Positions 22,838 through 36,419 of a stretch of DNA of 50,000 nt are shown piece by piece (the stretch's first letter is position 1; every line of letters begins with the position of its first letter). Location: assembly GCF_004010195.1 (NCBI RefSeq), contig NW_025214743.1, positions 1 through 50,000 of the forward strand, given 5' to 3'. The position numbers and the translations under genes are program-made. This DNA is from Chiloscyllium plagiosum. Taxonomy: Eukaryota. The notes under the pieces were generated by a model. That model was not told the origin of the DNA. It saw only the letters and a program-made list of their open reading frames with translations, and made no database searches.

Positions 22838-25800
22838 TGAATGCAAACCTCCACCTCCACCTCCACCAAAACCAGGAAGGTTTTGGTTCTGATTCACAGT
22901 ACCTACAGATTCATCTCAAACTAAGATGGAGTTGGCTGGATTAGGGAGAGAAAATAACCAGTGTCCCTACTTAGTGATTGCTATCTGGTGAGCCTCACTG
23001 GCACTACAGTTTGGTGATGAAGTTGACATGATGCTACCTGCAAATGATCAGCACCTGTTTCTAGCTAGCATGTGAAATGTACCTTTTAGGTAAGGTGGCA
23101 GAAATATCCCAATGTAGTTTAAAATGAGTCGATTTGGGACAGCAGGGTAGGAATTTTGTAAAGTAATGGGATACATTGTTTAGTGAATCAATGCTGTGCC
23201 CATTCTGATCTTGAGCTCTGAATAATGGTGATGCTAGAATAGTGAATCTCAGTGTTGTAAAGACTGTCTAATCACCGCATGACACTGGGGCAAGGAAGGG
23301 AATGGGATCCTGTTCTTAGTATCCAGCTAGGAAATGTTTGTGCTGGTCTTTGATGAATGGAGGGTGAGGCATGAGGCAGAGGTAGCTGGGGAGGAAATTG
23401 GTCCAAAAGGAAATAAAGATTATTAAGGAAAGCGTCAATTATTATGTTGTAACTGTGTAATTAGATTAACAGGGCATTTTGCCTAGTTGCAGTAGGATGT
23501 TTCTTGAGGCCAATTAGGAAGGTCGCTTCAGATTTATTGTGCATGATGTGCAGTGCCTCATGTTTACCAATCGCAGTGTTGAAAGAAAGCGATCAGCTGG
23601 TTCATAAACAAAAACTAAAGATCTGCAGATACTGGAAATCTGAAACAAAAATCAAAATTACTGGAGAAACTGAAGTTCTGGCAGGATCTGTGGAGACCAA
23701 GCAGAGTGAACATTTGAAGGGTTAATGGGCCTGAAATTTTGACTCTGCGGTTTCTCCACAGATGCTCAGTCCTGCTGAGTTTCTCCCAGCTATTTGTGTT
23801 TGAGCTGGTTCACAATGGTTTTCCCAATGCTGATATAATAGACACCCCTTACCCCCAATCCTTCCCCCAATTGGTCATGAAAACCAATTGAGGCAAGACA
23901 CACCTGGAAGTCTCCTCACTGACCCTCTTAAGTTCATCCATTTCTGATCTAGGAAACTAATTCCTTGATCACTTTCCTCTAAGTTTGTGTCCACAGTCTA
24001 CAAATAATGTTATGAAAAATACCTTGCCCATTGTTTAACTACATATCTGAGAGGATTTTTATACCAGAGAGCTGCCAATTAAGAGGAGTGTAATCCCAGC
24101 ATGAACTAATGTCATGAGGGAAGAAGTGATGGCAGTAATTGCATAAACAAATGAAAACACAAATCATTCTATTGCTCCTCTTAGCTGTGAGATTTTAAAA
24201 ACAAAACATGAATGGGCAACAACATTATTTCCATGTTGAGCAGAATTCTGATCTGACTGAAGATTGGAAATGATCAAAAGACAAGGGTGTTGATACCTCT
24301 GACCGTAGAAGGGGAGTTACTGGATGTCAAGTAGGACAGCTGGCAGTGAGTTACAAAGTAGGAATTCTATGATGTAACTCTGCCTTCATAAAAACAGACA
24401 CTGAAGATTGAATTACTGCCTTGGGTTATCCACCAGCTGGATAATTGGTGTGAAGCCCAATAGTTAGTTCATAGCCTCCAGTTTGCTTGTTTTTTTGGAC
24501 AGCAGGTAAACAGAATGCAGCTGGAAGCAAAATAGTGCTAATGGATTGGCGATGAATCCAATGCTGACTTAAACTGATTTTGACCTGTGCTGTGTAATAT
24601 TTCTTTGTTTTTGTTAACTATAACAAGTGCCATAAACTGAATTGCTAGAGAATTTTCAGGTTCCTTTTAACCATTGGAAATTTTCACTCCAGATGTCTGC
24701 CTCACCATTGTTATCGTCGTCCTTGCTCTGTTGCTTTTGGGTGGTACACCAGTTTGTGTGGTCAAGTTCTTTTGAAACCATCCTGAGATGCCCTGGGTAC
24801 AGGTACTAATGATCCTTATTGATGGAAGTCTAAGTTACTGAAACTGGGGGAAGAATGTCCATACACTGTCTTCAGTCGAAGAGAAGTTTAATCTCAATCA
24901 ACCATAAAGTTTAATTGCGAAGTTGTAATGGAAATAGATACTGAATACTGAAGTTATATCTTGTGAGGTATCAGGCTGAACTTGAATAAGCATGCATTAC
25001 TCCTTTAGCACTAGCTTAGCACAAGAACAACTGGATGGTCATTAAAGCTCCATTTAAACCTGGTTAGCACCTCTAATGAGCAGTCCCTTATATCCTGACA
25101 GGTAGAACTTATCTTGTGATGAATAAACCCTTTCAGGTATGAGCCGTTTGCTACAACATTGTCTGTGAGAGAAATCGGTGAGAGAAGGCTTTTGTTAGAC
25201 CATCTATAACCTTTGTTCTATATAGTTGCTCAGGCCTGTCATTTCATAGCATAATAATTTTTTTTAATCGTGAAGATCTTCCAATATAAATCTAAGATCG
25301 TAAGAAAGATCAGACAGACTGGGGCTGTTTTCCTTGAAGCAGAGGACGTTGAGAGGAGAGATGTTTCTGACTCTATAAAGTTGAGGGACTTAGACAGGAA
25401 GAGACTTCTCCCCTTGATGGGGAGATCAATGACCTGGGGATGTAGATTTAAGGTAAGCAACAGGTGGTGCAGACAGGATGTGGGGAAATGTTTTCATCCG
25501 GACAGTGGTGGGAATCTGTAACTTACCTGTCAGTTGGGATTGGCAGAAACCTTCAATGTTTTAATATGTTGATATGCAGTGATGTTGTCAAGGCATTGCC
25601 TTGTGCTGGAAAATGGAATTAGTATTGTTTAGTTGGTTTTGACTGGCACAGATGTAATGGGCCTAAGGGCCTGTTTTCTTTCTGAGCTTCTACACCTCTG
25701 TGCACCTGTCTTAGAATCTATACCTTGCTCTTGTGCTCTCCTTTCTATTTGTCACTCTGGATTGGCTTTTATGGCGTCTTGGGATAGATTGGCCACTCGA

Positions 25801-27861
25801 GGCTTTGCCCTGTCACTATTGGGTTGTGGTGGGAGAAACCTGCAGCATGTTTGTACCCTGGTATAGTTTGCTGGAGCAGCTAGTGGCCAGTTAAGGGGAG
25901 GGGTTCTTATCAAAAAAGGGTCTCCTGAGTCCATCGAAGGGCCGCTTGGCCTATCTGCCCTAGGCAGAGCCTCCAAGACCATCTACCCGAAGGCTTGGCT
26001 CCACAATTAGAGCGAGAGGGGGATTGGCCATTTGATTGTTTGTTTGAAAGTTCTCCGAGGTGGGACTTCCTCCCCAGATTTGGTGACAAGATGTGAGGTC
26101 ACTGTCAGGTGTCCCACCAGTGGGTGGAACGGTGGTCAGACAGATGACCCTGATTGTCACCAGCAACGCAAACACCCGGAGGAAACTGGATGTAAAATAT
26201 TGAAGGAGCTGAACTAAAAGCAGGAGAGGCTGGAAATGTGCCAGGTCTGGCAGCGTCTGTGGAGTGACATGTAGAGTTGCCATTCTCGGTCAATGACCTT
26301 TTTTATCAGAAGGTCACAGGCTTGAAACTTTAACTCTGTTGGTGTTTCTCCACAGATAACAACTCACCAGCTGAGCCTGAAAGTACAACATTTTCTGTTT
26401 TGATTCGAAGAACTGTTATAATGGGTTCTGACACGTATAGTGCTGCGCTTGTCTTTCTTTCTCTCTTGCTCTCAATCTCAATCACCACACGCACACTTTT
26501 ATCTATGCAAAGTAAATTTGACATTCTACCTGATCATGTAGGCTTCCTGACCCATCAACTCAGGGTTAAAGTTAAGCCCCATGTCTCTTTGTACCTGAAA
26601 GAACTCAACAATCCGACTGCAGCCTGGTGACATCTGGATTAAATAAATGTGGGGAGTCTGCAGGGAGGAGATTAGTGCAGTCATATTTTCACAAGGTCGC
26701 CAAGTATTCTTGGAAGGAAAGAAACAAAAATGTACTGTTTCATTCTAATTGAGTGAGTGTTTGATGGTGTTTTGTATGGGAGCACCCCACAAAATGAGCG
26801 AAGAAACATCTGGAACAGTTTTGATGTTTGTCTCTGGCTGTCATATTCCCTAAACTTGGTTTCTCGTTTCCTGTCTGCTTTTTGCCTCCTCAACAACAAG
26901 AGATAATTAATTAATTCTTTGGGCTGTGCCTCTTGCAGACAAATGTTTTGTTACCGATATGGGTTTTGTCAGTTGAGGGGCTGGCTGTAAATCTGATCTT
27001 GTTCCCTCACCAAGTGTCCACCCCCATACCACGTACATTGGATAGTGAGCAGAGTGTTTATCCAGTTTTAGACGCCCTTCTGAGAGAATGAAGCCAGGGC
27101 TGTATTGTTTGAGATCGCAGAATAGAATGTGAACCTTTTCATTGGTTTCAACAGGCAAAACCTAGAGGTAACATGATTGAATTGAATCTGTACTGAACCT
27201 CACCTCGAACACATTGGAGATCGATGCAGAGTTCTCATCTCCATGTCATGATAAAGGATGTAGAGAAAATGCATACATTTAAAAGAAGCAATGTAATTAT
27301 CAAGAAAGGGCTGGGCAGACTGGGACTTGTCTCTAGCATTAGGGAAGCTGAAGGATGACTTAATGGGAAGACTTAATTTTTATTCGGTAGCATTATTTAT
27401 GTTATTTCCATTTGTGGAAATATCATCAAAAAGTAGCAATCATGAATAGATTCTTACAAATAGAACCAGTCAGGAATTCAGAAGGAACATCCTTACCCAG
27501 AAAGGGATAAGAACGTGGAGTAGTGATGGTGAATGGCATAAATGAATCTTTGAGGAAGCTGGAGATCAGCTAATAAAGGCAGCAGTTGTGGTAGATTAGT
27601 TGATGGTTGGATAGAAAGGGAGGTTATATGAGGATCTTCTGGAGCATTGACCAATTGAGTCAAATTGTGTTATGTCAATTTGAATTTTTTCTTTTTGTTT
27701 TGATGAGGTTGACAGGAGAGAAACTATTTCCCTGAAATCAGTAATGGGTAGGCATGAATTCAAAATCATTCAAAGAATAAAGGAAGATATTTACAAAATT
27801 ATATAGTACAGTTGGAAGGCCAATCAGTTTGTCATGACTGTGCCAATTCTTTTGAAAGGGT

Positions 27862-30550
27862 CATAGAGTCCTACAGATTGTAGACAGGCCCTTTGGCCCA
27901 AACTGGTCCATGCTGACCAAAATGTCCATCCACGCTAACCCCATTTCCCTGCACTTGGCCCATATCCTTCTAAACCTTTCCTATCCATGTATTTGTCCAA
28001 AAGCTTTTTAAACACTGTTATTGGACCAACGCCAACTACTTCTGCTGGCAGTTCATTTCATATGCTTACCACCATCTGTGTAAATAATGTTGCCCCTGAG
28101 GTTCCCTTTTATTCTTTCCCATTTAACATTAAACTGATGCCCTCTAGTCCTCGACTCCCCAACCCTGGGAAAAAGATTTAGTGCATTCACCCTTCCCATT
28201 GTTATGAAGGTGGAGGTGTGTACTGTGCCTTTAAGAGAGTTGAAAAGCTGTCAAGGACTGATTGAAAGCACAGAGTGTCCTGAACAAAGTAAAAATGTAA
28301 CACTTGGTCGAAACAAGTAGCTGGAATTGTGTTGCAATGGATCAAAAACAAATTCAAATTCAGCCAATCGGTTTAAATTTTGCCCCAAGATACCAAACTC
28401 CAATTGAATTTGAAATATAATATTTTTGATGACATCAAAACCAATGAAATGATCCATTGATTTGGGGTATAAAACCAGACATTTTGAACAGTTAGGGGAA
28501 GAACTGCCAAGCGCCAACAAGTATAGATTGCTGGATGAATAGCTGTCTGAAAGGTACCTGTTAATATGGAAGATGTGTGGAGCAGAATACTGAAGAAAAG
28601 ACGACCGAGGAAAATCTGCAGGGAAGATACAAGAAGAGGATTTGACAGCTCGCTAGTTTTGAAAGTTGAATTTTTTTTTTGTAAATCTAATTCGGGGGTT
28701 TTATCAGACAGGTATTGTAGAGTAGGAGGTAAAAGATAAGTTTGAGAAAGGAGTTGTAAATAGTTGTTTAATGTTCTCTTTTGGACTTAAAGAATAAAAT
28801 TGTTAATTTTTACTTTAATGACCTCTGGAATAGTTCTTTGCCTCTCCAAAATTTAACAGATTACTGCATGAGGTAAGCTTCTCTGTGTTGGATTTAAATT
28901 AGCAGAGGAGTTTACCCAGTGTCATAACACCATGCCTTTCATGATCCTATACACTTCCATAAGATAACCTCATCAGTCTCCTACACTTGAAAGAAAAATG
29001 TCCCAGCTTGTCTAACCTCTCCCAATAACTCAGTCCCTTGAGTCCTGGCAACATCCTTGTAAATTTCTTCTGCGCGCTTTCTAGTTTAATAACATCCTTC
29101 CTATAGCAAGGTGACAAAAACTGAACACTGTACTCTGTGTGGCCTCACCAACTTCCCAACTTCAATACTCAATGCTCTGACTGATGAAGGCTGGTGTGTC
29201 AAATGCTTTCTTCACTTCCCTGTCTACCTGTGACTCCACTTTCAGAGAACCGTGCACCTGAACTCTCAAAGTCCCTTTTATTCCACTGCACTCCTTAAGG
29301 CTCTACCATTCACCATGAAATTCCTACCTTGATTTGACTTTCCAAAATGCAAAATCTCTCACTTATTTCTATTAAACTCCATTTGCCATTTCTCAGCCCA
29401 CTTCCCCAGCTGATCAAGATCCTGCTGCAATTTCTGACAACCTTTCTGTGTCCACAATACCAACTATTTTCGTGTCACCTGCAAACTTACTAATCATGCC
29501 TTGTACATTCTCATCCAAATCATTGATACAGATAATAAACAGTAATGAGCCCAGCACCAACCCCTGAGGCACTCCACTAGTCACAGGCCTCCAGTCCAAC
29601 AAGCATCCTTTCACTGTTACCCTCTGCTTCCTACCATCAAACAAATTGTGTATCTAATTTGCCAACTTGCTCTGGATTCCATGTAACCTAACCTTCCAGA
29701 GTAGCCTACCATGTGGAACCTTATCAAACGCCTTACTGAAATCCATATAGACCATGTCTACCGCCCTACCCTTATCAACCTTCCTGGTCACTTCATCAAA
29801 GAACTCTAACAAATTTGTGAGACATGATCTCCCATGCACAAAGCCCATGCTGACTACGTCCAATCAAATCCTGTCTTTCCAAATGCATGTATATCTTGTC
29901 CATCAGAATCTTCTCAATAACTCACCTACCACAGAGGCTTACTGGTCTACAGTTCCCAGGTTTTTCTTTGCAACTCTTCTTGAATAATGGCATAACATTC
30001 ATTATCCTCCAGTCTTCCAGGAACTTTCCATGGGCTTTGACAAAGGGTCAGTTAGACTCGAAACATCAGTTCTTTTCTCTCCTTACACATGCTGCCAGAT
30101 CTGCTGAGATTTTACAGCATTTTCTCTTTTGGTTCCAGGAACTTACCCTTCGCTAACAATGATGCGAAAGTATCAGCTAGGCCCCTGCAATTTCTTCTCT
30201 AGCCTCTTGGATATATTTGGTCAGGGCCAGCAGATTTATCCACCTTCGTACATTCTAATATGTCCAACATCACCTCTACTTTGATATGAACTGTCTCCAA
30301 GATATGACCACTAACTTCATGTCTTTCTCCACGGTAAACACCAGGGAGAAATATTCATTGATGACCTCCCCCATCTCCTGTGGTTCTACACATACATGTC
30401 CAATTGGGTCCTTGAGGGGCCCTATTCTCTCTCCAGCTATTCTTTTTTCTTTGAATATACTTGAAGAACCTCTTTGGATTCATCCTAATCTTCTCAGCCA
30501 AGGCTAACTCATGACCCCTTTTCTCCCTCCTGATTTCACTCTTCAGTAAA
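27862..30550 (-). mobile_element. CR1-like LINE ORF2/3' fragment interrupted by a solo LTR and a family D insert
   Basis: GFVHGRSCLTNLLEFF..VYMDFSKAFDKVPH (29654-29863) and GVPQGLVLG..SKFAGDTK (29414-29644). Confidence 0.92.
28200..28929 (+). mobile_element. Solo LTR, 730 bp (Gypsy- or ERV-type)
   Basis: Termini tgttatga...tcataaca, 4-bp TSD ccat (28196-28199 / 28930-28933). CCAAT at 28364 and 28441, TATAAAA at 28468, AATAAA at 28793. Host LINE is contiguous once it is removed. Confidence 0.88.
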
Positions 30551-32120
30551 CCCCTGTGCTATGTAATTGGTGCTGCAACCCTCCTCCCCACCATCGCACT
30601 TTCAACATAACCTTGTAATTTCTTTCTATCTTCAGAAGGATTTATATGATTCTATTCTTAAGAAGTCCTGATTTAATCTACTTTCACTTTTTCTGTGCAT
30701 TGTGGATTACAATAAAGTTAGGGAATTTCTTGTTCAGTTGATTGTTGGGACAAGGAATGCCCTTGCGAGAGAAAAGCTTGTTTTCAATATGATTTTTTTC
30801 AAATGAGAGATTTTGTGAAGTATCAAACTTGTTTAAAAAGAGCTAGCACATTCAGGATGGGCCAAGTGGCCAACTCCTGTGCTGTAAAAGCTCAGAAAGT
30901 GGAAAACTCTGAATTTACCTCGCATGACTTGAGCTAACTGTTGTCAGTGAATGTAATTTGCTGATTGCAGGCCCTGAATTGAATCTGTCCTCCCTATGGT
31001 TGACTCCTTCACAGAAGGCAAAATGGAAACTTTCAATTCATTCAGGTAGTGTTAGACTGCACAACTGTTTGTCTAGAATTAATGTCTTTGTGGTTTAAAT
31101 AAACATGCAAATCTCCTCCCTCCCCCAACTGCCTTACACACCAGAGGGTAAACCTCTTAGCAATGACATTTAATTTATTTAAAAGATTGGTTGCCGGTCT
31201 TTGCGCAAAAGATGAAAACAAAATGTTTTAAAGCTCACTGCCTCGCACATTGCAGATAAATGTTCACTTCTGGCTCTGAGCTGCATGTTATGAGTGGGGA
31301 CAAAAAGGAGTCCCATGTTAGCAGAGTGTTTTAGAATCCTTCCTCTTTGGTAGTGGTTAAACTGACTTTAACTCCTATGTCATAAGTCCTCCCATCTCTG
31401 GTTTGTTGACTGTCCTGCACAGATTATTTCTCTGGGGGTAAATTGCAGGGATTCAGAAGGCCAGATGCCCATCTTCGATCTTTGTTTGTCAATGGCCACT
31501 TTAAGCTAATTGTCAGAGGCCAATTGGAACTTTTTTGGCTAGCCTCTGGATGAACCATTTGTGACAAGTTTTATGCAAGTTTTCATATCAAGTGAGTTCA
31601 GTTTTATTGATTCAAAGTTGGTGAGGAATGTAAGATCCCATTCTGGCACACAGAGCATTTAAACTGTTTGGTGGAGTGGGCTAGAGGATGCTGCTTGGCT
31701 GAAGTTTTTTCAGGATGTGCTTCAAGGACAAAGGACGCTGGAAATTGAGATTATTTCAATGGGAAAGTTGAGTTTAACATCATTCAATCCAAATACCAAC
31801 AAAGTAATAATCACCCATTTCTCTCATTGGAATTTATAAGTGGAGAGCGATTTCAGTGGGTTGAGACAAATTGACTTGGAAGATCTATGTCTGGTGATTA
31901 TTTTCCAAGGCAGTAATTTAATCAAATGATTCAGAGAACATTACATGCTGTCACAATCAAGCAAAGCCATGCACGTTGCACCAGTGAGAGTCTGGAATTG
32001 AATTACTGGTTTATGGTCACTGCCAGGTAATTGGATTTGTCTTCAGTTTTCATTTGCTATGGAATTGGAGCCAGCTCTTGTGCTTTTCCCAAAAGAAGGT
32101 TTATCAAATCTGAGATATAT

Positions 32121-32431
32121 CATAGAATCCCAACAGTGTGGAAACAGGCTCTTTGGCCCAACAAGCCCACATTGACCCTCCGAAGAGCAATCCACACAGG
32201 CCCATTCCCTACCCTACTACTCTACATTTACCCCTGACTAATGCACCTAACCCACACATCCCTGGACACAATGGGCAATTTAGCATGGCCCATTCATCTA
32301 ACCTGCACATCTTTGGATTGTGGGAGGAAACCGGAGCACCCGGAGGAAACCCACGCAGACACGGGGAGAATATGCAAACTCCACACAGTCACCCAAGGTT
32401 GAAATCGAACCTAGGTCCTTGATGCTGTGAG
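32121..32431 (-). mobile_element. HE1-like SINE, head truncated
   Basis: Homologous to 22483-22837. Confidence 0.88.
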
Positions 32432-33314
32432 TGGGATAAGCGCCACAATGTTGTTTTTGTCAGACCTTGAAGGACTTTTCATTTCTTTCCACCCTTTCAG
32501 TCGAGTTAAATGTTGACACTTGCGAAAGGAGAGAGCCAAGATTTTAATCCTGCACCATCTTACTCACTGTTATTTACAAGCCTACAAACACTCTCCTTTG
32601 GTGGATCTTGCAGATGAGAGAATGGCATTGCTTTTGTATTGAATATGCGGTTGAAATGCCAAATTTATTTAGGGCTTTATTCCCATGACGCCTGCTTAAT
32701 TGAGACAATAAAGATGATTTTTTTTTTGTAAAACTGTTCTTTATTTTCGTTTGGCACTTCATCTCTGCTATTAAAACGAGTGAGTTCTAGTTTGCCTTTA
32801 GCCGAACATTAGAAGGATCAAAGTCAGCAGGGCCCTCCCTAGGCTGGGAATGGTTATGGTGGCACTAAAACCCCTACTGATGGCCAACATATCAATTTCC
32901 TGTATCCATTGTGCTGCCCCCAACCCCCCCAGACTATTTCCCTGGGAGTGCATTGCAGCTTTTGAGAAGGCCTCATGCCCATCCTCGATCTGTGTTTGTC
33001 CTTGGCCACTTAAGCTAATTGTCAGAGGCAGTTGGAATTTTCTCAGCTAGCCTTCAGACCAAACTATCAGCTTTTGAACTGGGCAGAGCTGGACACACTC
33101 CGTGCTTGGGGCAGCAATAGCTATGGCTGTCCTGCAACAGGATTCACATATTCCAGCTGTGAAGGCTGTCTTTAATTTGAGTTTTGAATGTTCAAGAATG
33201 CTCCTCCAGTTTTATGCTGATGCTTTCAGGCTGCAATATCCGTGATTGGTCCTCCAGCTGACAGCCCAGCCACTGCCCTTAATTGGGCTGAGCCTGTTTC
33301 CTTGCTATTGACAG

Positions 33315-33542
33315 TCGAAGAGTGTGGTGCTGGAAAAGCTCAGCTGGTCAAGCAGCATCCAAGAAGCAGGAGAGTCGACATTTCAAGCATAAGCCCTTCA
33401 TCAAGAAGCCTCATTCCTGTTGAAGCGCTAATGCTCGAAACGTTGATTCCCCTGCTCCACGGATGCTGTCTGACCAGCTGTACTTTTCCAGCACCACACT
33501 CTTCGACTCTGATCTCCAGCATCCGCAGTCCTCACTTTTTCC
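33315..33542 (+). mobile_element. Fold-back PLE-terminus element (family A)
   Basis: Inverted arms ~33313-33405 / ~33415-33509, with a tail. TSD tccttgctattgacag / tccttgctcttgacag (33299-33314 / 33543-33558). Confidence 0.88.
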
Positions 33543-33616
33543 TCCTTGCTCTTGACAGGCGATTGTAGAGAAAACTGCAGGGAGTGATTTGTTTCCCATG
33601 TGCTACAGGTTTTCAC

Positions 33617-33800
33617 TACGGGCAATTTAGCATGGCCAATTCACCTGACCTGCACATTTTTCGATTGTGTGGGAGGAAACCGGAGGAAACCCACGCAGAA
33701 CGTGCAAACTCCACACAGTCAGTCGCCTGAGGTGGGAATTGAACCCGGGTCTCTGGCGCTGAGAGGCAGCAGTGCTAACCACTGTGCCACCGTGCCACCC
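33617..33800 (-). mobile_element. HE1-like SINE, 5' half
   Basis: Reverse complement gggtggcacggtggcacagtggttagcactgctgcctc...gggttcaattcc. Confidence 0.88.
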
Positions 33801-34392
33801 ATGAGTCCTATTTGAGTTTCTGAGTCCTATTTGAGCCAGATGACAGGATGCGGATGTCCACAGGAGGCAATCCTGCCTGATAGTTTTAGTCTCTGCCATG
33901 GTCAATGTGCAGTTCCCTTTCGAAGTCAGGATCATCTTTTGTTCTTTTACCAGTCATCTCGAATCAGTGGCAGAAGGGTCAATGACCAGAGGACAACTTC
34001 ATGAATTTCACTTTGTCTTCGCTGTCCAGACCTCTCATGCTTTTAAGTACTTCCTTCAAATCTCTTTTGAATGTTCACCTTTTGTTTGTAAAGAAACCAG
34101 CACCACCTATCCATGAGCTCTGTCATCTGTCCATCTCTACAACCACTCAGATGAGGTTTGGAGTGTGGTGTGTGTGTGACAATGTGGATCTGTGAAGGTG
34201 GATACCAAAACAGACTCTTGAAATTATAACTGACGTGAACAGGACGAATAGAAAGCATTTATTCCCCTTAGTTGAAGACTCAATAACAAGAGGGGCAGAA
34301 TTTTAAAGTGAAAAGTGGGGGCTTAGAGGGGGAATTTGAGGAAATTAATTTGTACCCAAAGGGTGGTGGGTGTCTGGAAGGCAAGGAGGTGG

Positions 34393-34612
34393 AACAATTC
34401 ATCAACTAACACCTTCCGTTCTGACTTTTAAATTCACCTGGGCCATCTCTGACCCCTCCCTCCCCTTCCTGGTTTCTCCATCTCCACCTCCGGTAACCAA
34501 CTCTACATGGACATCTATTTCAAACCCACTGACTCCCACAGTTATTTGGGCTACACCTCCTCCCATTTTCCCCTCCTGTAAAAATGCAATCCTTTACTCT
34601 CAGTTCCTCCAT
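34393..34612 (+). mobile_element. Decayed Penelope-like RT C-terminal fragment
   Basis: FKFTWAISDPSLPFL, then frameshifted DIYFKPTDSHSYLGYTSSH, then CKNAILYSQFL. Confidence 0.8.
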
Positions 34613-35940
34613 GACTGGCATGGGTAAGATAAATAGAGAAGGTCTTTTCTCTGGGGTGATGGAGTCCAGAACTAGAGGGCATAGTTTAGGGTGAGGGGGG
34701 TAAAATTTGAAAGGGACCTAAGGGAGCAACTTTTTCACGCAGAGTGGTGCATGTACAGAATGAGCTGATGTGGAAGTGGTGGAGACTGGTGCAATTACAA
34801 CATTTAAAAGGCATCTGGATGGGTATATGAATAGGAAGGGGTTTAAAGGGATATGGGTCAAGTGCTGGCAAATAAGACTAGATGAGGTTAGGATATCTGG
34901 TCAGCGTGGATGAGTTGGCCTGAAGCATCTGTTCCTGTGCTGTATATTTCTATGACAAGTGGTGTTCTGCAAGGCTCAGTGTTGGCATCACAACTTTTCA
35001 GTCTATACATTAATGATCTAGATGAAGGAACTGAGGGCATTCTGCCTAAGATGATACAAAGCTAGATGAAGGTACTGGTAGCATTGAGGAGGTGGGTAGG
35101 CTGCAGAAGGATTTGGACAGGTTAGGAGAATGGGTAAAGAAGTGGCAGATGGACTACAGCCTAGGAAAGTGAGAGGTTATGCACTTTGGTAGGACGTATA
35201 GAGGCACGGGTTATGTTCTAAATGGGAAGATGTCTGAAGTGCAAAGAGATTTGGGAGTACTCGTCCAGAATTCATTCTCAAGGTAAACCTGCAGGTTGAG
35301 TCAGTAGTTAGAAAGGCAAATACAATGATGGCATTTAATTTGAGAGGACTTGAATATAAATGCAGGCGTGGACTTCTGAGGCTCTATAAGGCTCTCGTCA
35401 GGCTGCATTTGGAATATTGTGTACAGTTTTGGGCCCCACATCTCAGAAAGGATATACTGGCTCTGGAGCGTGTTCAGAGGAGGTTCATGAGAATGGTCCC
35501 AGGAATGAAAAGCTTAACTTATACGGAATGTTTGAGGACTCTGGGTCTATATTCTATTGAGTTTAGAAGGATGAGGGGATGATCTAAGAAACATACAAAA
35601 TACTGAATGGCCTAGACAGAGGAGATGTTGGGAAGATGTTTCCATTGGTAGGTGAGACTAGGACCAGAGGGCATAACCTTAGATTAAAAAGAAGATCTTT
35701 TAGAACGGAGCTAAGGAGAGATGTCTTCAGCCAGACAGTGGTGAATTTATGGAATTCACTGCCACAGAAGGCTGTGGCGGCCAGGTCGTTGAGTGTATTT
35801 AAGACTGAGATAGATAGGTTCTTGAGTATCAAGGGAATCAAGAGTTATGGGGAAAATGGGGTTGAGAAACTTATTACCCATGATTGAACGGTGGAGCAGA
35901 CCGATGGGCTGAATGGCCTGATTTTTGATCCTATGTCTTT
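34613..35940 (+). mobile_element. Two tandem CR1-like 3' fragments (34613-34955 and 34957-35940)
   Basis: LYKALVRLHLEYCVQFWAPHLRKDILALERVQRRF, typical of the CR1 ORF2 C-terminus. Confidence 0.9.
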
Positions 35941-36222
35941 TTGGTCTTGGGAAAGTGGGATTTATGCAGGTACAGACTCAATGGGCCAAAGGGCTTCTTC
36001 TATACTGTATGAATCTGCTTCCACGACCTTTTTCAGGCAGTACCTTTACAGATCATCATAACTGTGTAATTTTTTTCCCTTTCTTTAATTTATTGTTTTG
36101 TTATTGCAGCACTGTCCAAATTGTTTGTATGATTTTATAGCTCTTCAGTTCTGACCTGGTGAATAATGTTCTTGTGTTCCAGTTTTCTTGTCCCTTAAAC
36201 AAACTTTCCACTTTGCCAACAG

Positions 36223-36419
36223 GTGTCATAGCTGCGGTGATATTTGTGGTTATCTGCCTCCTTGTGGTTTTGATCCGATACCTCTACAGGCACAAAGGCA
36301 CATATCACACCAACGAAGCCAAAGGAACAGAATTTGCAGAGAATGCAGATGCTGCTTTGAAAAATGACCCCAACTTCCAAGATGCAGTGGACGAAAGCAA
36401 AAAAGAGTACTTCATCTGA
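36223..36419 (+). CDS. GYPC: Glycophorin C, terminal coding exon: transmembrane helix, protein 4.1-binding motif, PDZ-binding C-terminus
   Basis: Acceptor ctttccactttgccaacag. Translation is (G)[82 protein letters not shown] and terminal EYFI match GYPC better than CADM or CNTNAP tails. The ORF-track start at 36159 is intronic. Confidence 0.95.

Noticed and set aside
36159..36222. N-terminal extension [21 protein letters not shown] of the GYPC ORF
   Set aside because: Intronic pyrimidine tract. The start is GTG and the acceptor AG is at 36221-36222.
36223..36419. Assignment to CADM, CNTNAP or neurexin
   Set aside because: They share the 4.1-binding motif, but [11 protein letters not shown], the exon layout and the short ectodomain exon fit GYPC.
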